A stretch of DNA of 64,000 nt from an uncultured Ruminococcus sp. (GTDB lineage: Bacteria > Bacillota > Clostridia > Oscillospirales > CAG-272). The notes below the pieces were generated by a model. The model saw only the letters and a program-made list of their open reading frames with translations. It made no database searches and was not told the DNA's origin. The stretch's first letter is position 1, and every line of letters starts with the position of its first letter. Both the position numbers and the translations under genes were made by a program. The stretch is from NCBI GenBank assembly GCA_902762505.1, contig CACWOQ010000012.1, forward strand, positions 2,481 through 66,480. The letters are read 5' to 3'. This document shows positions 50,051-60,548 of the stretch, piece after piece.

Positions 50051-51076
50051 ATGCTTGACTTCACTTGTGATTACAACAACGGCGCACACCCTTCGGTGCT
50101 GCGCCGCCTTGTTGATACGAACGGCATAACGTCCGGTACATACGGCTTTGACGAGTTCAGCAAAAGCGCCTCCGACAAGATCAGAGCCGAGATCGGGGAT
50201 AAAGACGCCCCCGTGTATTTCCTCGCCGGCGGCACGCAGACGAATATGACGGTGATAAGCTCGTGCCTTTTGCCTTATCAGGGCGTTTTGTGCGCCGCAA
50301 CGGGTCATATAAACGGACACGAGGCGGGCGCCGTAGAGGCGACGGGACACAAGGTCCTGCCGCTGCCGTCGCACGACGGAAAGGTCTTGGCGCATGATCT
50401 GTCTGCTTATATGAAGACGTTTGAAGAAAACGAAAGCCGCGATCATACCGTTTTCCCCGGAATGCTCTATATCTCATACCCCACGGAATACGGCACGCTG
50501 TATTCGCTTACGGAGCTTGAAGAGCTTTCCCGCGTATGCAAACGGTACGGGCTTCTGTTCTTCTGCGACGGAGCGAGACTCGGTTACGGCCTTTTAAGCC
50601 CGGAGTGCGATATTACAATGGCTGATCTGCACCGCATATGCGACGTGTTCTATATAGGCGGTACGAAGGTAGGCGCGCTTTGCGGCGAGGCGGTCGTGTT
50701 CAAAAAAGAAGCGCTTCCCGCTCATTTCATGACGCTTATCAAACAGAGGGGCGCGCTGCTCGCAAAGGGCAGGCTCGCCGGCGTGCAGTTTGACGCGCTG
50801 TTTACCGACGGACTTTACTATAAGATCGCCAAAACCGCGATCGACCGCGCCCGGGAGCTGAAAGAGGTCTTTGCGGCGAAAGGGTACAAATTCTTCATAG
50901 ATTCGCCGACGAATCAGCAGTTCGTCGTGCTGAGCGATGAAAAAGCCCGCGAGCTTTCGAAAAACGTATTGTTCGAGGTCTGGGAAAAGACTGCGGAGGG
51001 CGATACCGTCGCACGCTTCGTCACCAGCTGGTCGACGGCTGCTTCTCAGATCGAAGAGCTCGGGAGGCTGCTGTGA
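50051..51076 (+). CDS. ltaE: Low-specificity L-threonine aldolase (PLP-dependent)
   Basis: GGTQTN, HEAGA, PTEYGTLY, DGARL, IGGTK, RFVTSW. Confidence 0.9.
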   Translation: MLDFTCDYNNGAHPSVLRRLVDTNGITSGTYGFDEFSKSASDKIRAEIGDKDAPVYFLAGGTQTNMTVISSCLLPYQGVLCAATGHINGHEAGAVEATGHKVLPLPSHDGKVLAHDLSAYMKTFEENESRDHTVFPGMLYISYPTEYGTLYSLTELEELSRVCKRYGLLFFCDGARLGYGLLSPECDITMADLHRICDVFYIGGTKVGALCGEAVVFKKEALPAHFMTLIKQRGALLAKGRLAGVQFDALFTDGLYYKIAKTAIDRARELKEVFAAKGYKFFIDSPTNQQFVVLSDEKARELSKNVLFEVWEKTAEGDTVARFVTSWSTAASQIEELGRLL

Positions 51077-51720
51077 AGACAAACGCAAAACGCGCCGTGT
51101 TCATCACCGCGGATATCGCGGCGGCGGTGCTGATCATCCTTTCCGCCGTTTTAGGCATTTTCACGACAGAGGGCAGGCTCTGGATGTCCGGGGCTTACAG
51201 ATTCGTGTTCTTTACGGTGGATTCCAACATCCTCGCGGGTCTGTCCGCGCTGATCCTTCTGCCGTTCAAAATAAGAAGGCTTAAAACCGGCAAGCCTCTG
51301 CCGCGCGCCGCGATCACACTCAGCCTTATATCCGTGTCATCCGTGACGGTCACTTTTATGACGGTACTGCTGTTCCTCGGACCTGTTTTCGGCTTCGGGA
51401 GCATGTACACGGGCAATAATCTGTGGCTTCATATGGTCTGCCCGCTCTTGTGCATCGCCTCATACGTGTTCGACTCGGAATCGGAAGGGTGCGTCAAAGC
51501 GCCGTATACGCTTTTGTCCGTACTGCCGACCGTCGTATACGGCGTCGTATATTTCATCATGGTTATTATCGTCGGACAGGAGAACGGCGGCTGGGCTGAT
51601 TTCTACGGCTTCAATATGGGCGGCAAATGGTATATCAGCATGGCCGCCATGCTCGCCGCGGCTTATCTTATAGGGCTCGGGCTGTGGGCGGCTGAACGGC
51701 TCTGCTCGAAAAAGAAATGA
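51073..51720 (+). CDS. Integral membrane protein (Pr6Pr/FAR-17a-like)
   Basis: FFTVDSN, LHMVCP, DFYGF, about 6 TMs; GTG start. Confidence 0.7.
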   Translation: MKTNAKRAVFITADIAAAVLIILSAVLGIFTTEGRLWMSGAYRFVFFTVDSNILAGLSALILLPFKIRRLKTGKPLPRAAITLSLISVSSVTVTFMTVLLFLGPVFGFGSMYTGNNLWLHMVCPLLCIASYVFDSESEGCVKAPYTLLSVLPTVVYGVVYFIMVIIVGQENGGWADFYGFNMGGKWYISMAAMLAAAYLIGLGLWAAERLCSKKK

Positions 51721-52433
51721 AAACAACGGTATATACAATAAACGCGCCCGTTCCCGCGGACCTGAAATTTGTTTTTTTGTCGGATATACACGAAAAAAAC
51801 ACGGACGAGGCGTACGCGAAAACCGTTTCCGCGGCGCCGGACGCCGTGCTCGTCTCCGGTGACTATATACAGAACGGCGGCGAATACGAAAAGGGGCTCG
51901 CGCTGCTGAAAAAGCTTTCCGCCGGACTGCCCGTGTTCGTATCGCTCGGAAATCACGAATTCAAATTCGGCGGCGATATAAGAGCCGCGACGCGTGAAAC
52001 CGGGGCGTCTCTGCTCGACGGTTCTTTCACGGAGTTTTCCTCCGTTAAGATCGGCGGCCTGACGTCCGGTTTTGAAGGCGCGCGGCAGGGTACGTTCAAA
52101 AAAACGCCCCCGCCCGATACCGGATTTATAAAGGAATTCGACGGCGAGCCGGGCTTTAAGATCCTGCTCTGCCACCATCCCGAATATTATCCGCGTTATC
52201 TGAAAAACACGGGTATAGACCTGATACTTTCCGGACACGCGCACGGCGGACAGTGGAGATTTTTCGGCAGAGGTCTGTACGCGCCGGGGCAGGGTATCTT
52301 CCCGAAATACACGTCCGGCTTGTACGACGGCAGACTCGTCGTGTCGGCGGGCGTCGGCGATTCACATTCCGTACCGCGGATCAACAACGATTACGAGATC
52401 ATAATAATAGAAATTAAAAAAGAGGTCGGTTGA
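51717..52433 (+). CDS. Metallophosphoesterase (YkuE-like)
   Basis: SDIH, SGD, GNHE, HHPE, SGHAHGGQ, PRINN. Confidence 0.9.
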   Translation: MKTTVYTINAPVPADLKFVFLSDIHEKNTDEAYAKTVSAAPDAVLVSGDYIQNGGEYEKGLALLKKLSAGLPVFVSLGNHEFKFGGDIRAATRETGASLLDGSFTEFSSVKIGGLTSGFEGARQGTFKKTPPPDTGFIKEFDGEPGFKILLCHHPEYYPRYLKNTGIDLILSGHAHGGQWRFFGRGLYAPGQGIFPKYTSGLYDGRLVVSAGVGDSHSVPRINNDYEIIIIEIKKEVG

Positions 52434-52447
52434 CCTCTTTTTAATTC
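52413..52447. terminator. Bidirectional terminator
   Basis: AAAAAGAGGTC-GGTT-GACCTCTTTTT between convergent stops. Confidence 0.75.
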
Positions 52448-53607
52448 GATTTGTTTTCGGCTCTCACCTGCGCTACGTTTTTCTGATGCTCAGCCAGCGT
52501 CTTGGCGTACAGCATTTCGCCGCTTTTGCGCGATACGAAATAAAAGTATTCCGTATCAGCCGGGTTTATTGCGGTGTAAATGGCGGACCAGCGGGGGTTG
52601 CAGATCGCGCCGGGGGTAAGCCCGTCGTAAACGTACGTGTTGTAGGGATTGTCGAAATGCAGGTCCTCGTCGGTAATATCCGTCTTATGGACGTTCATTG
52701 CGTAAAGCACGGTCGAGTCACATTCGAGCTTCGGATACTTCGACGCGTTTTTCAGTCTGTTGTGTATGACGCTCGATACGTTTTCCATATCCGTGTTGAA
52801 ATACGCTTCGCGCTGTATTATCGACGCTATTTTTATATAGTCGTCGAAGCTCATGCCGGAGGCGTCGACGTATTTGTAAATATCCTGCGAGACCTTGGAA
52901 TCAAACGCCGCAAGGATCTTGTTTATGATCTGCGTCTCATCCCAGTCGGAATAGAAATAATACGTATCGGGAAACAGATATCCTTCAAGTCTGTATCTGC
53001 GGTCGGGATCCGGAGGCAGCGAGTCGAGGCGCTTGATGAATTCGTAATCGTATTCGCCGTTCTGTATCGCGTCGATAAAGCCCTCGCGCGTGCCTATATC
53101 CTCGCTTATGAAAAGATCTATAATGTTCTCGACGGTATAACCCTCGGGTATGGTTATCGTGACGACGCGGCGCTCGCCCGTCTGCGCAAGGAAGGTCTTG
53201 ATCAGACTGTCGTAGTTCTGTTTCGAGGACGCGGTGTATGTGCCGGGGATAAAGACCTCTCCGTCGTCGAGCTTAAGTCTCGCGTAGAGGCGGAATATCG
53301 CCGGGTATCTGATTATTCCTTTTTCGGCAAGCTGATTCGATACGTCGATAACGGTCGGATTCGCGCCGAGATCGATCTCGGCGGTAACGTCGCCTTTTTT
53401 AAGAGCGAAAACGTCGTTTCCGATCGACAGTATGAAGTATGAAAGCACAGCCGAGGCAATGAGCACGAGCGTTATATACATAACGGCTATCGTTATGCTG
53501 TATATCGCGCTGTGACCCTTGACCTTCAGCACGCGTCCCGTCTCGTCGGTCGGCTTCTTTTTGCCGGACCGCGTCAGCGGCGCGTTGTTTTTGTTGATTT
53601 CAGACAT
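52441..53607 (-). CDS. mltG: Endolytic transglycosylase MltG
   Basis: TIPEG, LEGYLFPDTY, ASIIQRE, HNRL, NPYNTY, GLTPGAICNP. Confidence 0.93.
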   Translation of the reverse strand: MSEINKNNAPLTRSGKKKPTDETGRVLKVKGHSAIYSITIAVMYITLVLIASAVLSYFILSIGNDVFALKKGDVTAEIDLGANPTVIDVSNQLAEKGIIRYPAIFRLYARLKLDDGEVFIPGTYTASSKQNYDSLIKTFLAQTGERRVVTITIPEGYTVENIIDLFISEDIGTREGFIDAIQNGEYDYEFIKRLDSLPPDPDRRYRLEGYLFPDTYYFYSDWDETQIINKILAAFDSKVSQDIYKYVDASGMSFDDYIKIASIIQREAYFNTDMENVSSVIHNRLKNASKYPKLECDSTVLYAMNVHKTDITDEDLHFDNPYNTYVYDGLTPGAICNPRWSAIYTAINPADTEYFYFVSRKSGEMLYAKTLAEHQKNVAQVRAENKSN

Positions 53608-53631
53608 GAGTCCATCCTTTCTTGATGACGT

Positions 53632-54537
53632 CTACCCCTTGATCTTCATTATACCCGCGATGAACGCGAATCCTATACAGAGAACGAAGCCGGGAGACAC
53701 AATGGAGATGAGCAGGGCGCGCAGGCGTTCTGTGAGCTTCGGGAACTTTTCGTTTTCCGACTCGGGTATCGACTCGGCGTCAAGCTCGAGCAGGCGCTGT
53801 GCGCGTGAAAGCGAGAAAAACAGGAACAGAAGCAGAAGCGACGCGAACACGAAAACGAACGGTATCAGACTGTCCGCTTTGGCGGCGGCGTCGTTCAGCA
53901 GCCTGTATGAGAATACGGATAAAAGATTGTAAATGAAATGCACGAGCATCGGCGCGAAGATCGAATGAGTCACCTCGTACACGAGCGAAAGCGCTATCCC
54001 GCATATGAAATAAGTGAAAAAGCCGGATAACGAGAAGTGCATAAGCGAAAACAGGACGGAGGAGAGAAGCGCGGCGCCGATCACGCCGTATCTGCGGTAT
54101 TCGCCGTAGATCACGGACCGGAACGTTATCTCCTCGAATATCGCCGGTAAAAGGCAGTATATTATTACCGTGTAAACGACGTCGGCAAACGACGATCCGG
54201 TGAGGTTTACTGAAACCGTACCCGCATCGGCGCGCGAGCCGAGCCCCATCAGCACGGCGGCTGAAAACATCGTGACCGAAGCGCATATAACAAGGAGTAT
54301 CCCGGACGCGCGGAACGGTCTTATGCCGAGCCCCGCGTAGTCTATCGGTCCCTGCAGCCTTTTGTATATCACGGCGGGCAGCACGAAGATCATCAGCTGC
54401 AAAACGAGCGTTATAAGGAATCTGTTTACGGAAAGCTGTTCCTTCATTCTTATATACGACGACAGGAACACGAGCACGTACACAACGAAACAGAATACCG
54501 GAGTTATATGGTATCCCTTAAGCTTGAGCTTTGTCAA
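53632..54537 (-). CDS. CPBP (Abi/CAAX) family intramembrane metalloprotease
   Basis: EEITFR, FSLMH, HFIYN. Confidence 0.88.
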   Translation of the reverse strand: MTKLKLKGYHITPVFCFVVYVLVFLSSYIRMKEQLSVNRFLITLVLQLMIFVLPAVIYKRLQGPIDYAGLGIRPFRASGILLVICASVTMFSAAVLMGLGSRADAGTVSVNLTGSSFADVVYTVIIYCLLPAIFEEITFRSVIYGEYRRYGVIGAALLSSVLFSLMHFSLSGFFTYFICGIALSLVYEVTHSIFAPMLVHFIYNLLSVFSYRLLNDAAAKADSLIPFVFVFASLLLLFLFFSLSRAQRLLELDAESIPESENEKFPKLTERLRALLISIVSPGFVLCIGFAFIAGIMKIKG

Positions 54538-55111
54538 CTGTCAGAATACCTCCTTCCGTAATGATGACGTCGGTTTTCAGATCGTATTTTCCGTGCGGCA
54601 CCGCGTCCGTGACGAGGCACGAGAACGTTACCGCGGCGAGACTTCCCCTGAAAGCAGACAGAAATCTGTCGTAATATCCTCCGCCGTAACCGATCCTGTA
54701 ACCGTGCCTGTCGACGGCGACGGCGGGAACAAGGCAGAGAGAACAGCAGGGCTCGTCCGGTGAAAATTCTTCACAGCCGTCCGGCGGCTCGGCGATGCCG
54801 TAGTGACCGGTGACCAGCTCCGACGGCGACGAGACTAAGCGGAAAACCATATCGTGCGTGCCGGAAAGGCAGTACGGATAGGCTATGCGCTTGCCGTCTT
54901 TTACAGCCGCCTCCGCGACCGCGGTAAGATCCGGCTCGTCCGGAAGCGCGGCGTATAAAAGCACCGTGTCGTAATACTTATATGATATGCTGCCGGTGAT
55001 CGCCGCGCAGATCCGCTCTTCATACAGCTTTTTCAGCTCCGGGTCAAGACCGCGTCTGATTTCCAGGTATTTCCGACGCAGAGACGCCTTCTGTTTTTTC
55101 AGATCGGTCAT
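54518..55111 (-). CDS. 5-formyltetrahydrofolate cyclo-ligase
   Basis: K..LR, GIAEP, VPAVAVD..GYRIGYGGGYYDR. Confidence 0.93.
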   Translation of the reverse strand: MTDLKKQKASLRRKYLEIRRGLDPELKKLYEERICAAITGSISYKYYDTVLLYAALPDEPDLTAVAEAAVKDGKRIAYPYCLSGTHDMVFRLVSSPSELVTGHYGIAEPPDGCEEFSPDEPCCSLCLVPAVAVDRHGYRIGYGGGYYDRFLSAFRGSLAAVTFSCLVTDAVPHGKYDLKTDVIITEGGILTVDKAQA

Positions 55112-55112
55112 A

Positions 55113-55652
55113 TCAGAGCATAATCGAGGCGGCGACGCCGTCCGCCGCTTCCTTGCCCTTGACGGCGGAAACTATCTCAAGTCCGAACCGGACGGCGCAG
55201 CCCATTCCGGCGGCTGTGATGAAATTGCCGTCGCGCACGACGCGGCTTTCGCTGATCTTCGCGCCGCGAAGGCATTTTTCAAATCCGGGATAGCATACGG
55301 CGGACCTGCCCTCGAGCAGGCCGAGCCTTCCGGGAACGGAGGGCGCCGCGCATATCGCGCAGACGAGACCTTTTGCTTCTGCCGTTTTCAGGACCGCGTC
55401 CTTTACTGTCTCGTTGCCGTAAAGCGTCTCGGTGCCGACGCCGCCGCCCGGAAGAATGACCCCGTCCGGAGCTTTGTCCGACGGATATTCGTCAAGCGTG
55501 ATATCGGTAGTGAAACAGATCCCGTGGGGACCCGCGGCGGTCTTGCCCGATACGCCCACGGTCTTTACCTCTATACCAGCCCGGCGCAGTACGTCGAGCG
55601 TTGCGAGCGCCTCGACCTCTTCAAGGCCGTCTGCACAAAACATATATAACAT
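55113..55652 (-). CDS. DJ-1/ThiJ/YajL family protein
   Basis: GLEEVEA, DVLRRA, LPGG, AICAAP. Confidence 0.92.
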   Translation of the reverse strand: MLYMFCADGLEEVEALATLDVLRRAGIEVKTVGVSGKTAAGPHGICFTTDITLDEYPSDKAPDGVILPGGGVGTETLYGNETVKDAVLKTAEAKGLVCAICAAPSVPGRLGLLEGRSAVCYPGFEKCLRGAKISESRVVRDGNFITAAGMGCAVRFGLEIVSAVKGKEAADGVAASIML

Positions 55653-55656
55653 ACAT

Positions 55657-58215
55657 TTATTCCTCGTTGTTGCCGTATTTTGCCATGAACTGCTCGCGCG
55701 ACATTATGAGCTCGCGCGGCTTGCTTCCGTTCGCGCCGGAGCAGATGCCCATCTCCTCCATCCGGTCGATTATCTTCGCCGCGCGGCCGTAACCGATCGA
55801 AAGCTTACGGTTGAGCAGTGAGGTGGCGACCTTGCCGGCGTCGAACGAGATCTCTATCGCGGAAAGAAGCAGCTCGTCGTCGCCGGATTCGGCGCCTGCC
55901 ATGGAGAGCTTCTTTTTGCCGTCGCTTATGTTTTCGGCTTCCTTGTCTATGTTCTTTATCGCTTCGTCGCTGTAATTCGTCTCGATGCCCTGATTCTTGA
56001 TGAAGCTTACCACGGCTTCGACCTCGTCGTCGGAGACGAACGCGCCCTGAAGTCTCGTCAGCTTCAGAGCGCCGACGGGCTTGTAAAGCATGTCGCCGCG
56101 GCCTATCAGACGTTCGGCGCCGCCCTCGTCGAGGATCGTGCGCGAGTCGATCTGAGAACCGACGCGGCAGGCTATACGCGACGGGATGTTGTTTTTGATC
56201 GTACCGGAGATGACGGAAACGTCGGGGCGCTGAGTACCGATTATAAGGTGCATTCCGGCGGCTCTCGCCTTGGCGGCGATACGCGCTATGGAGCTTTCAA
56301 CGCTGTCCTTCGACGTCGCCATAAGGTCGGCGAGCTCGTCGATTATTATGACCATGATCGGCAGCTTTTCCATCGACGGATCGTTCTTCGCCACGTCGTT
56401 ATAGCCGAATATGTTGCGGCAGCCCGTCGCCTCGATCAGATCGTAGCGGCGTTCCATCTCCTGTACGAGCCAGTTGAGAGCGCCGGCGGCTTTTTTCATA
56501 TCCGTGATTACGGGGACGAGCAGATGAGGGATGCCGACGTACGGCGCGAATTCGACCTTCTTCGGGTCGATCATGATAAGCTTGACCTCGTCCGGTCTCG
56601 CCCTGTAAAGGATACTTACGATAAGACTGTTTATACAGACCGATTTACCCATACCGGTGGCGCCGGCGATGATCATATGCGGCATTTTCTGAATGTCGAG
56701 ATAAGTCGGCTCGTTCGATACGTCGACGCCGAGCGCGCAGAATACGCGGCTTTTCGCGTTTTTGAACGTATCGGTATCGAGCAGGGTCCTGATGTTGACG
56801 GTGAAGGGAGTCTTGTTCGGGACTTCTATACCGACGGTGTCCTTGCCTTCGATGGAGCTTTCAAATCTTACGCCGCCGGACGCGAGCACGCGCGCCAGGT
56901 CGTCTATGAGGTTGCCGATCTTGGATATCCTGACTCCGGGCGCGGGACGGAGCTCGTACCGCGTGATGGTCGGACCGCAGGATATGTTTTCAACGGATAC
57001 CGTGATGCCGAAATTGGAAAGAGTTTCAACGATCTTTTTCGCGTTGTTCCTCGCCTCCTCGGCGCTGATCCCGGCACCCTTGCCGTCTGGCAGGGAGAGA
57101 AGCTTCATCGGCGGGAATCTGTACGGCGCAGGCTCCTTCGGCGGCTGTTTTGCGGGCTCGGGAGAAAGATCCTCGATCCTGACGCCGACGGGCGCGGTGA
57201 CGGCGTCTATCGCATCGTCCCCGTCGTCCTGTTCGGGCTCGGGGTCTTTTACCGGCTCCGGCTTGATCTTCGCCGGCTTTTCGTTCACGGGCTTGTCCAC
57301 GAGGATGCCGTCCTCGAAGAATATTTCGGCGGGCTTTCTTACGAATTCCTCCACGCCTTCGTCATCCGATTCGAGCAGCTCGTCGAGCGCGTCTTTTTTG
57401 TGCGGAACGATGTCCGGCTCCTCGCTGTCGAAATCGTATGCTTTTTTCTTCTTTTTCCGTCCGGATTCCGGTTCGGGATCCGGCAGTATCTGTTCCTGCA
57501 GACGTTTTTGCTGCATTTGCTCTTTGTATCTTTGCGCCTCGGCTTTTTTCAGCTCGGCGGCTTTTTTGTGCTCTTCAAGCTTGGCTTTCTGAGCCTCGGC
57601 TCCGGATCTGACCTTGCGCCCTATGAATTCGGCTATAACGACCGGCGTTATACCGAGCGTGAGAGCGCCGAAAATGATGAAGAGGATCATCGTTATGACG
57701 GCTGTGAAAACGCTGCCGACACCGGCGTGCATCCATTGCGCGATAACGCCGCCGACGACTCCGCCGCCGCGGAAGGGAGTGCATTTTTCATAAAAATCAC
57801 GGGCGGTCAGTACTGCGGGGCTTTCCAGCGTGAATACGCCGCAGAACGACGCTATGCTGATCTGCGCGAGTATCGCCCAAGCCATGCGGAAATACAGCGC
57901 TCCGTTATACCAGAGCCTCTTTAAAAACACGGCGATCAGTATAAGGAACGTCGGCAAAAGCATCGACGTCACGCCGAACGAGCCGAAAAGCCCGTTCCTT
58001 ATCGCGCGCCCGAAGGCGCCCGACGCGTCGGGCCAGATATAGCAAAACAGTAAAAACAGAGCGGTCATACCGCAAAGAAACCGTATCAGAAGCAGTATGC
58101 CGTCCGTTTTGCTGCCGGATCGCGGCTTGCTTTCACCGGCGGACTTGTTCGGCATCGGTTTTTTCGCCGTCTTTTTGGCGCCTGTCTTTTTTACGTCTTT
58201 TTTCTTCGTTGCCAT
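55657..58215 (-). CDS. ftsK: DNA translocase FtsK/SpoIIIE
   Basis: N-terminal TMs, AGATGMGKS, IDPK, IIDELADL, TQRP, gamma domain IGYGRAAKIID. Confidence 0.96.
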   Translation of the reverse strand: MATKKKDVKKTGAKKTAKKPMPNKSAGESKPRSGSKTDGILLLIRFLCGMTALFLLFCYIWPDASGAFGRAIRNGLFGSFGVTSMLLPTFLILIAVFLKRLWYNGALYFRMAWAILAQISIASFCGVFTLESPAVLTARDFYEKCTPFRGGGVVGGVIAQWMHAGVGSVFTAVITMILFIIFGALTLGITPVVIAEFIGRKVRSGAEAQKAKLEEHKKAAELKKAEAQRYKEQMQQKRLQEQILPDPEPESGRKKKKKAYDFDSEEPDIVPHKKDALDELLESDDEGVEEFVRKPAEIFFEDGILVDKPVNEKPAKIKPEPVKDPEPEQDDGDDAIDAVTAPVGVRIEDLSPEPAKQPPKEPAPYRFPPMKLLSLPDGKGAGISAEEARNNAKKIVETLSNFGITVSVENISCGPTITRYELRPAPGVRISKIGNLIDDLARVLASGGVRFESSIEGKDTVGIEVPNKTPFTVNIRTLLDTDTFKNAKSRVFCALGVDVSNEPTYLDIQKMPHMIIAGATGMGKSVCINSLIVSILYRARPDEVKLIMIDPKKVEFAPYVGIPHLLVPVITDMKKAAGALNWLVQEMERRYDLIEATGCRNIFGYNDVAKNDPSMEKLPIMVIIIDELADLMATSKDSVESSIARIAAKARAAGMHLIIGTQRPDVSVISGTIKNNIPSRIACRVGSQIDSRTILDEGGAERLIGRGDMLYKPVGALKLTRLQGAFVSDDEVEAVVSFIKNQGIETNYSDEAIKNIDKEAENISDGKKKLSMAGAESGDDELLLSAIEISFDAGKVATSLLNRKLSIGYGRAAKIIDRMEEMGICSGANGSKPRELIMSREQFMAKYGNNEE

Positions 58216-58230
58216 TTGATAATTGTCCTC

Positions 58231-59049
58231 TCAGCCGCGGATCCCGTACAGTACCGCACAGATCCCGGCGGCAAAACAATAGATTGAAAAGTATTTGAAG
58301 GTCGGCTTTTCGCCGATCGTTTTTATCAGCTTAACTGCGGCAAAGCCTGACAGCGCCGCCGCGGCGGCGCCGCAAAGATACGCGGGGACCGTACCGGCGT
58401 CGGCGTATCTGAACGCCGCGGGCAGCTTCAGAACGCACGCGCCGAGGATCGCCGGGACGGAGCAAATGAATGAAAGCCGCACGGCTTCGTCACGCCGGAT
58501 CCCGAGCAGAAGTCCTCCGGTTACTGTCGCGCCGGAGCGGGATATCCCCGGAAGCACGGCGACGGCCTGAAACAGACCTACGCCCAATGCGTGATAAAAC
58601 CGCGTGTCCTCCGCGATAAGTGTTCCGTTTTTTGCCGAGTCTCCCGTGAGCAGGATCGCGCCGTTGAGTATGAGCAGCGCGCCTACGGCTGCAGGGGACG
58701 ACGATACCCGGTCCGAAAGCTCGCTGCCGCCGCAAACGGCTGCAACGACTACGGGTACGACGCAGAGAAGAGAAAACAAGACCGTTCTTTCGTCACGGCT
58801 GAGCCGATTTTTTCCGGCGATCCGGCGTGGAAGCGAAGCGCAGGCGCGGAAAAGCCCGGGCAGCTCTCTCCGGTAAGCGAAAAGCACGGCGAACAAAGTC
58901 CCCGCGTGAAGCACCGCGTCAAGCCCCGGCAGCTGTGGACCGAAGCCGGTCACCGCCTCGAATAAACAAATATGAGCCGATGAAGAAACCGGAATGAATT
59001 CGCATGCTCCCTGAATCAACCCGAGTATCAATGCCGATAATATACTCAT
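58231..59049 (-). CDS. uppP: Undecaprenyl-diphosphatase
   Basis: QGACEFIPVSSSAH, LPGISRSGAT. Confidence 0.93.
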   Translation of the reverse strand: MSILSALILGLIQGACEFIPVSSSAHICLFEAVTGFGPQLPGLDAVLHAGTLFAVLFAYRRELPGLFRACASLPRRIAGKNRLSRDERTVLFSLLCVVPVVVAAVCGGSELSDRVSSSPAAVGALLILNGAILLTGDSAKNGTLIAEDTRFYHALGVGLFQAVAVLPGISRSGATVTGGLLLGIRRDEAVRLSFICSVPAILGACVLKLPAAFRYADAGTVPAYLCGAAAAALSGFAAVKLIKTIGEKPTFKYFSIYCFAAGICAVLYGIRG

Positions 59050-59131
59050 GACCTGCCTCCCGTACGTTTCCGGTAAGCAGGATATGCATATTCAAATCAT
59101 ATTATAACAAAAATAAAGAGATTTTTCAAGT

Positions 59132-59521
59132 ATGCCGATGAATTTTTTTATGAACGTCAGGAAAGCCGACGAGGCGAGACTCGCCTTTTACGGCGTCGCC
59201 GCGGTGTTCGCGGGCTTTGCGGGCGGACTTCTCGGCGCGGGAGCCGGGCTGTTTCTGTTCATGATCTGCCGCAGGATCGTCGGCGGAAAAGCCGCGCACG
59301 TGTCCGCGCTCTGTGCGACGCTGCCCACGGCTGTCCTTTCCGCGGCGCTCTACGTCCGCGGATCGCCTCAAACTCTGTTTGAAGCTTTGCCGCTGCTGCC
59401 GTTCGCCGCGGCGGGCGGCGCGCTCGGAGCATATCTTATGAGCAGGCTCCGCGTCAGGGCGCTCGGGTATATCACGGCGGCGCTCGCCGTAACGGGCGGC
59501 GTGATCATGACCGTCAGATGA
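59132..59521 (+). CDS. TauE/SafE (TSUP) family half-transporter
   Basis: AGFAGGLLGAGAG, hydrophobic, GGALGA; start uncertain. Confidence 0.7.
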   Translation: MPMNFFMNVRKADEARLAFYGVAAVFAGFAGGLLGAGAGLFLFMICRRIVGGKAAHVSALCATLPTAVLSAALYVRGSPQTLFEALPLLPFAAAGGALGAYLMSRLRVRALGYITAALAVTGGVIMTVR

Positions 59522-59880
59522 GGGAGGCGGTCTGCTTTATCACGTCCGCGCTGGCGGGAATGGGCGTCGGCGGGGGCGGACTGTTTACGGTGTTTTTGTC
59601 GCTCACGGGCACGGGACAGTTGGCGGCGCAGGGAATGAATCTTTTTTCTTACGTCGCGGCGTCGGTTCCGGCTTCGTTCATCGGATACCGGAGATACGCC
59701 CCGGATATGAGGCTTACGGCGTTTCTTTCTTTCTGCGCGTGCGTCGGCTGTATGTTCGGAGCGATGGCGGCTCCTGCCGTGCCGGATAACGCGCTCCGCA
59801 GGATATACGGAGCGTTTACGGCTGCGTCAGGAATCTTTGTCCTGTTCTCCGAATCCGGCGACACCGTCGACCGGAAGTGA
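59518..59880 (+). CDS. TauE/SafE (TSUP) family half-transporter
   Basis: AGMGVGGG, Q..AQGMNL, LRRIYG; ATGA-coupled. Confidence 0.75.
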   Translation: MREAVCFITSALAGMGVGGGGLFTVFLSLTGTGQLAAQGMNLFSYVAASVPASFIGYRRYAPDMRLTAFLSFCACVGCMFGAMAAPAVPDNALRRIYGAFTAASGIFVLFSESGDTVDRK

Positions 59881-60156
59881 AAACGCTATGCCCTGACCGG
59901 GCGTGTCGAGCCCGCAGGTCGTATAAAGCGCGTGAAGTATCGCGTCGCGCAGTTCTTTTTCGGTGAGTATTATTATCACCTCTTTCTGAGGCGATACCGT
60001 CACGCCGAAGAATTTCTCCGCGTCCGCGTTGACGGTCCCGCGCGATCTGGTAACCGTGCCTCCGCGAGCGCCGGCTTTGCGCGCCGCCTCCATGGCGACC
60101 TCGCTGTAGCCTTCGTTTATAATGCAGAATATGGCTTCGTGTTTGAATTCGCTCAT
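59827..60156 (-). CDS. PII-like protein
   Basis: AARKAGARGGT..RGT, KE.I.I, PGQGIAFSLPV. Confidence 0.85.
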   Translation of the reverse strand: MSEFKHEAIFCIINEGYSEVAMEAARKAGARGGTVTRSRGTVNADAEKFFGVTVSPQKEVIIILTEKELRDAILHALYTTCGLDTPGQGIAFSLPVDGVAGFGEQDKDS

Positions 60157-60536
60157 AATAACCTCTGTGTTTCTCTCTTGTCGGATAAGAACCTGTAAGC
60201 CGTCGCGCCGATCATGCTGCTGAACGGGATCGAAAACGCGATACCCGTGCCGCCCTTCACGCTTTTGAATTTCCGGGAAAGCATCGAAAGCAGCTCCGGC
60301 GCGCGCTCGGCTGAAATCATGCTGAGTATGACGCTTTTACGGTCGTTTGCAAGACCGAGCATTTCAAGCATCTGCGATCTCGCGGTACCGTGCGCGGATA
60401 AGAAGCATTGAAGATTCGCACCGCCGTTCTGTATCAGATCGGCGTAGAATTCCGACTTTTCACGGTCTACGATGGTTATGACGAGCTTGAGTCCGTCCGG
60501 CGATTTTACCGCGGGAGCCTGTTCGTTTTTGCTCAT
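60153..60536 (-). CDS. PII-like protein (divergent)
   Basis: KLVITIVDR, HGTA, LGL...K.VI, GGTGIAFSIP. Confidence 0.75.
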   Translation of the reverse strand: MSKNEQAPAVKSPDGLKLVITIVDREKSEFYADLIQNGGANLQCFLSAHGTARSQMLEMLGLANDRKSVILSMISAERAPELLSMLSRKFKSVKGGTGIAFSIPFSSMIGATAYRFLSDKRETQRLL

Positions 60537-60548
60537 ATCATACCTCCG

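Noticed and set aside
59086-59116. Sporulation sigma (SigG/SigF-like) promoter GCATA-N17-CAAAAATA before the TauE pair
   Set aside because: Match is too degenerate in AT-rich DNA to support a call
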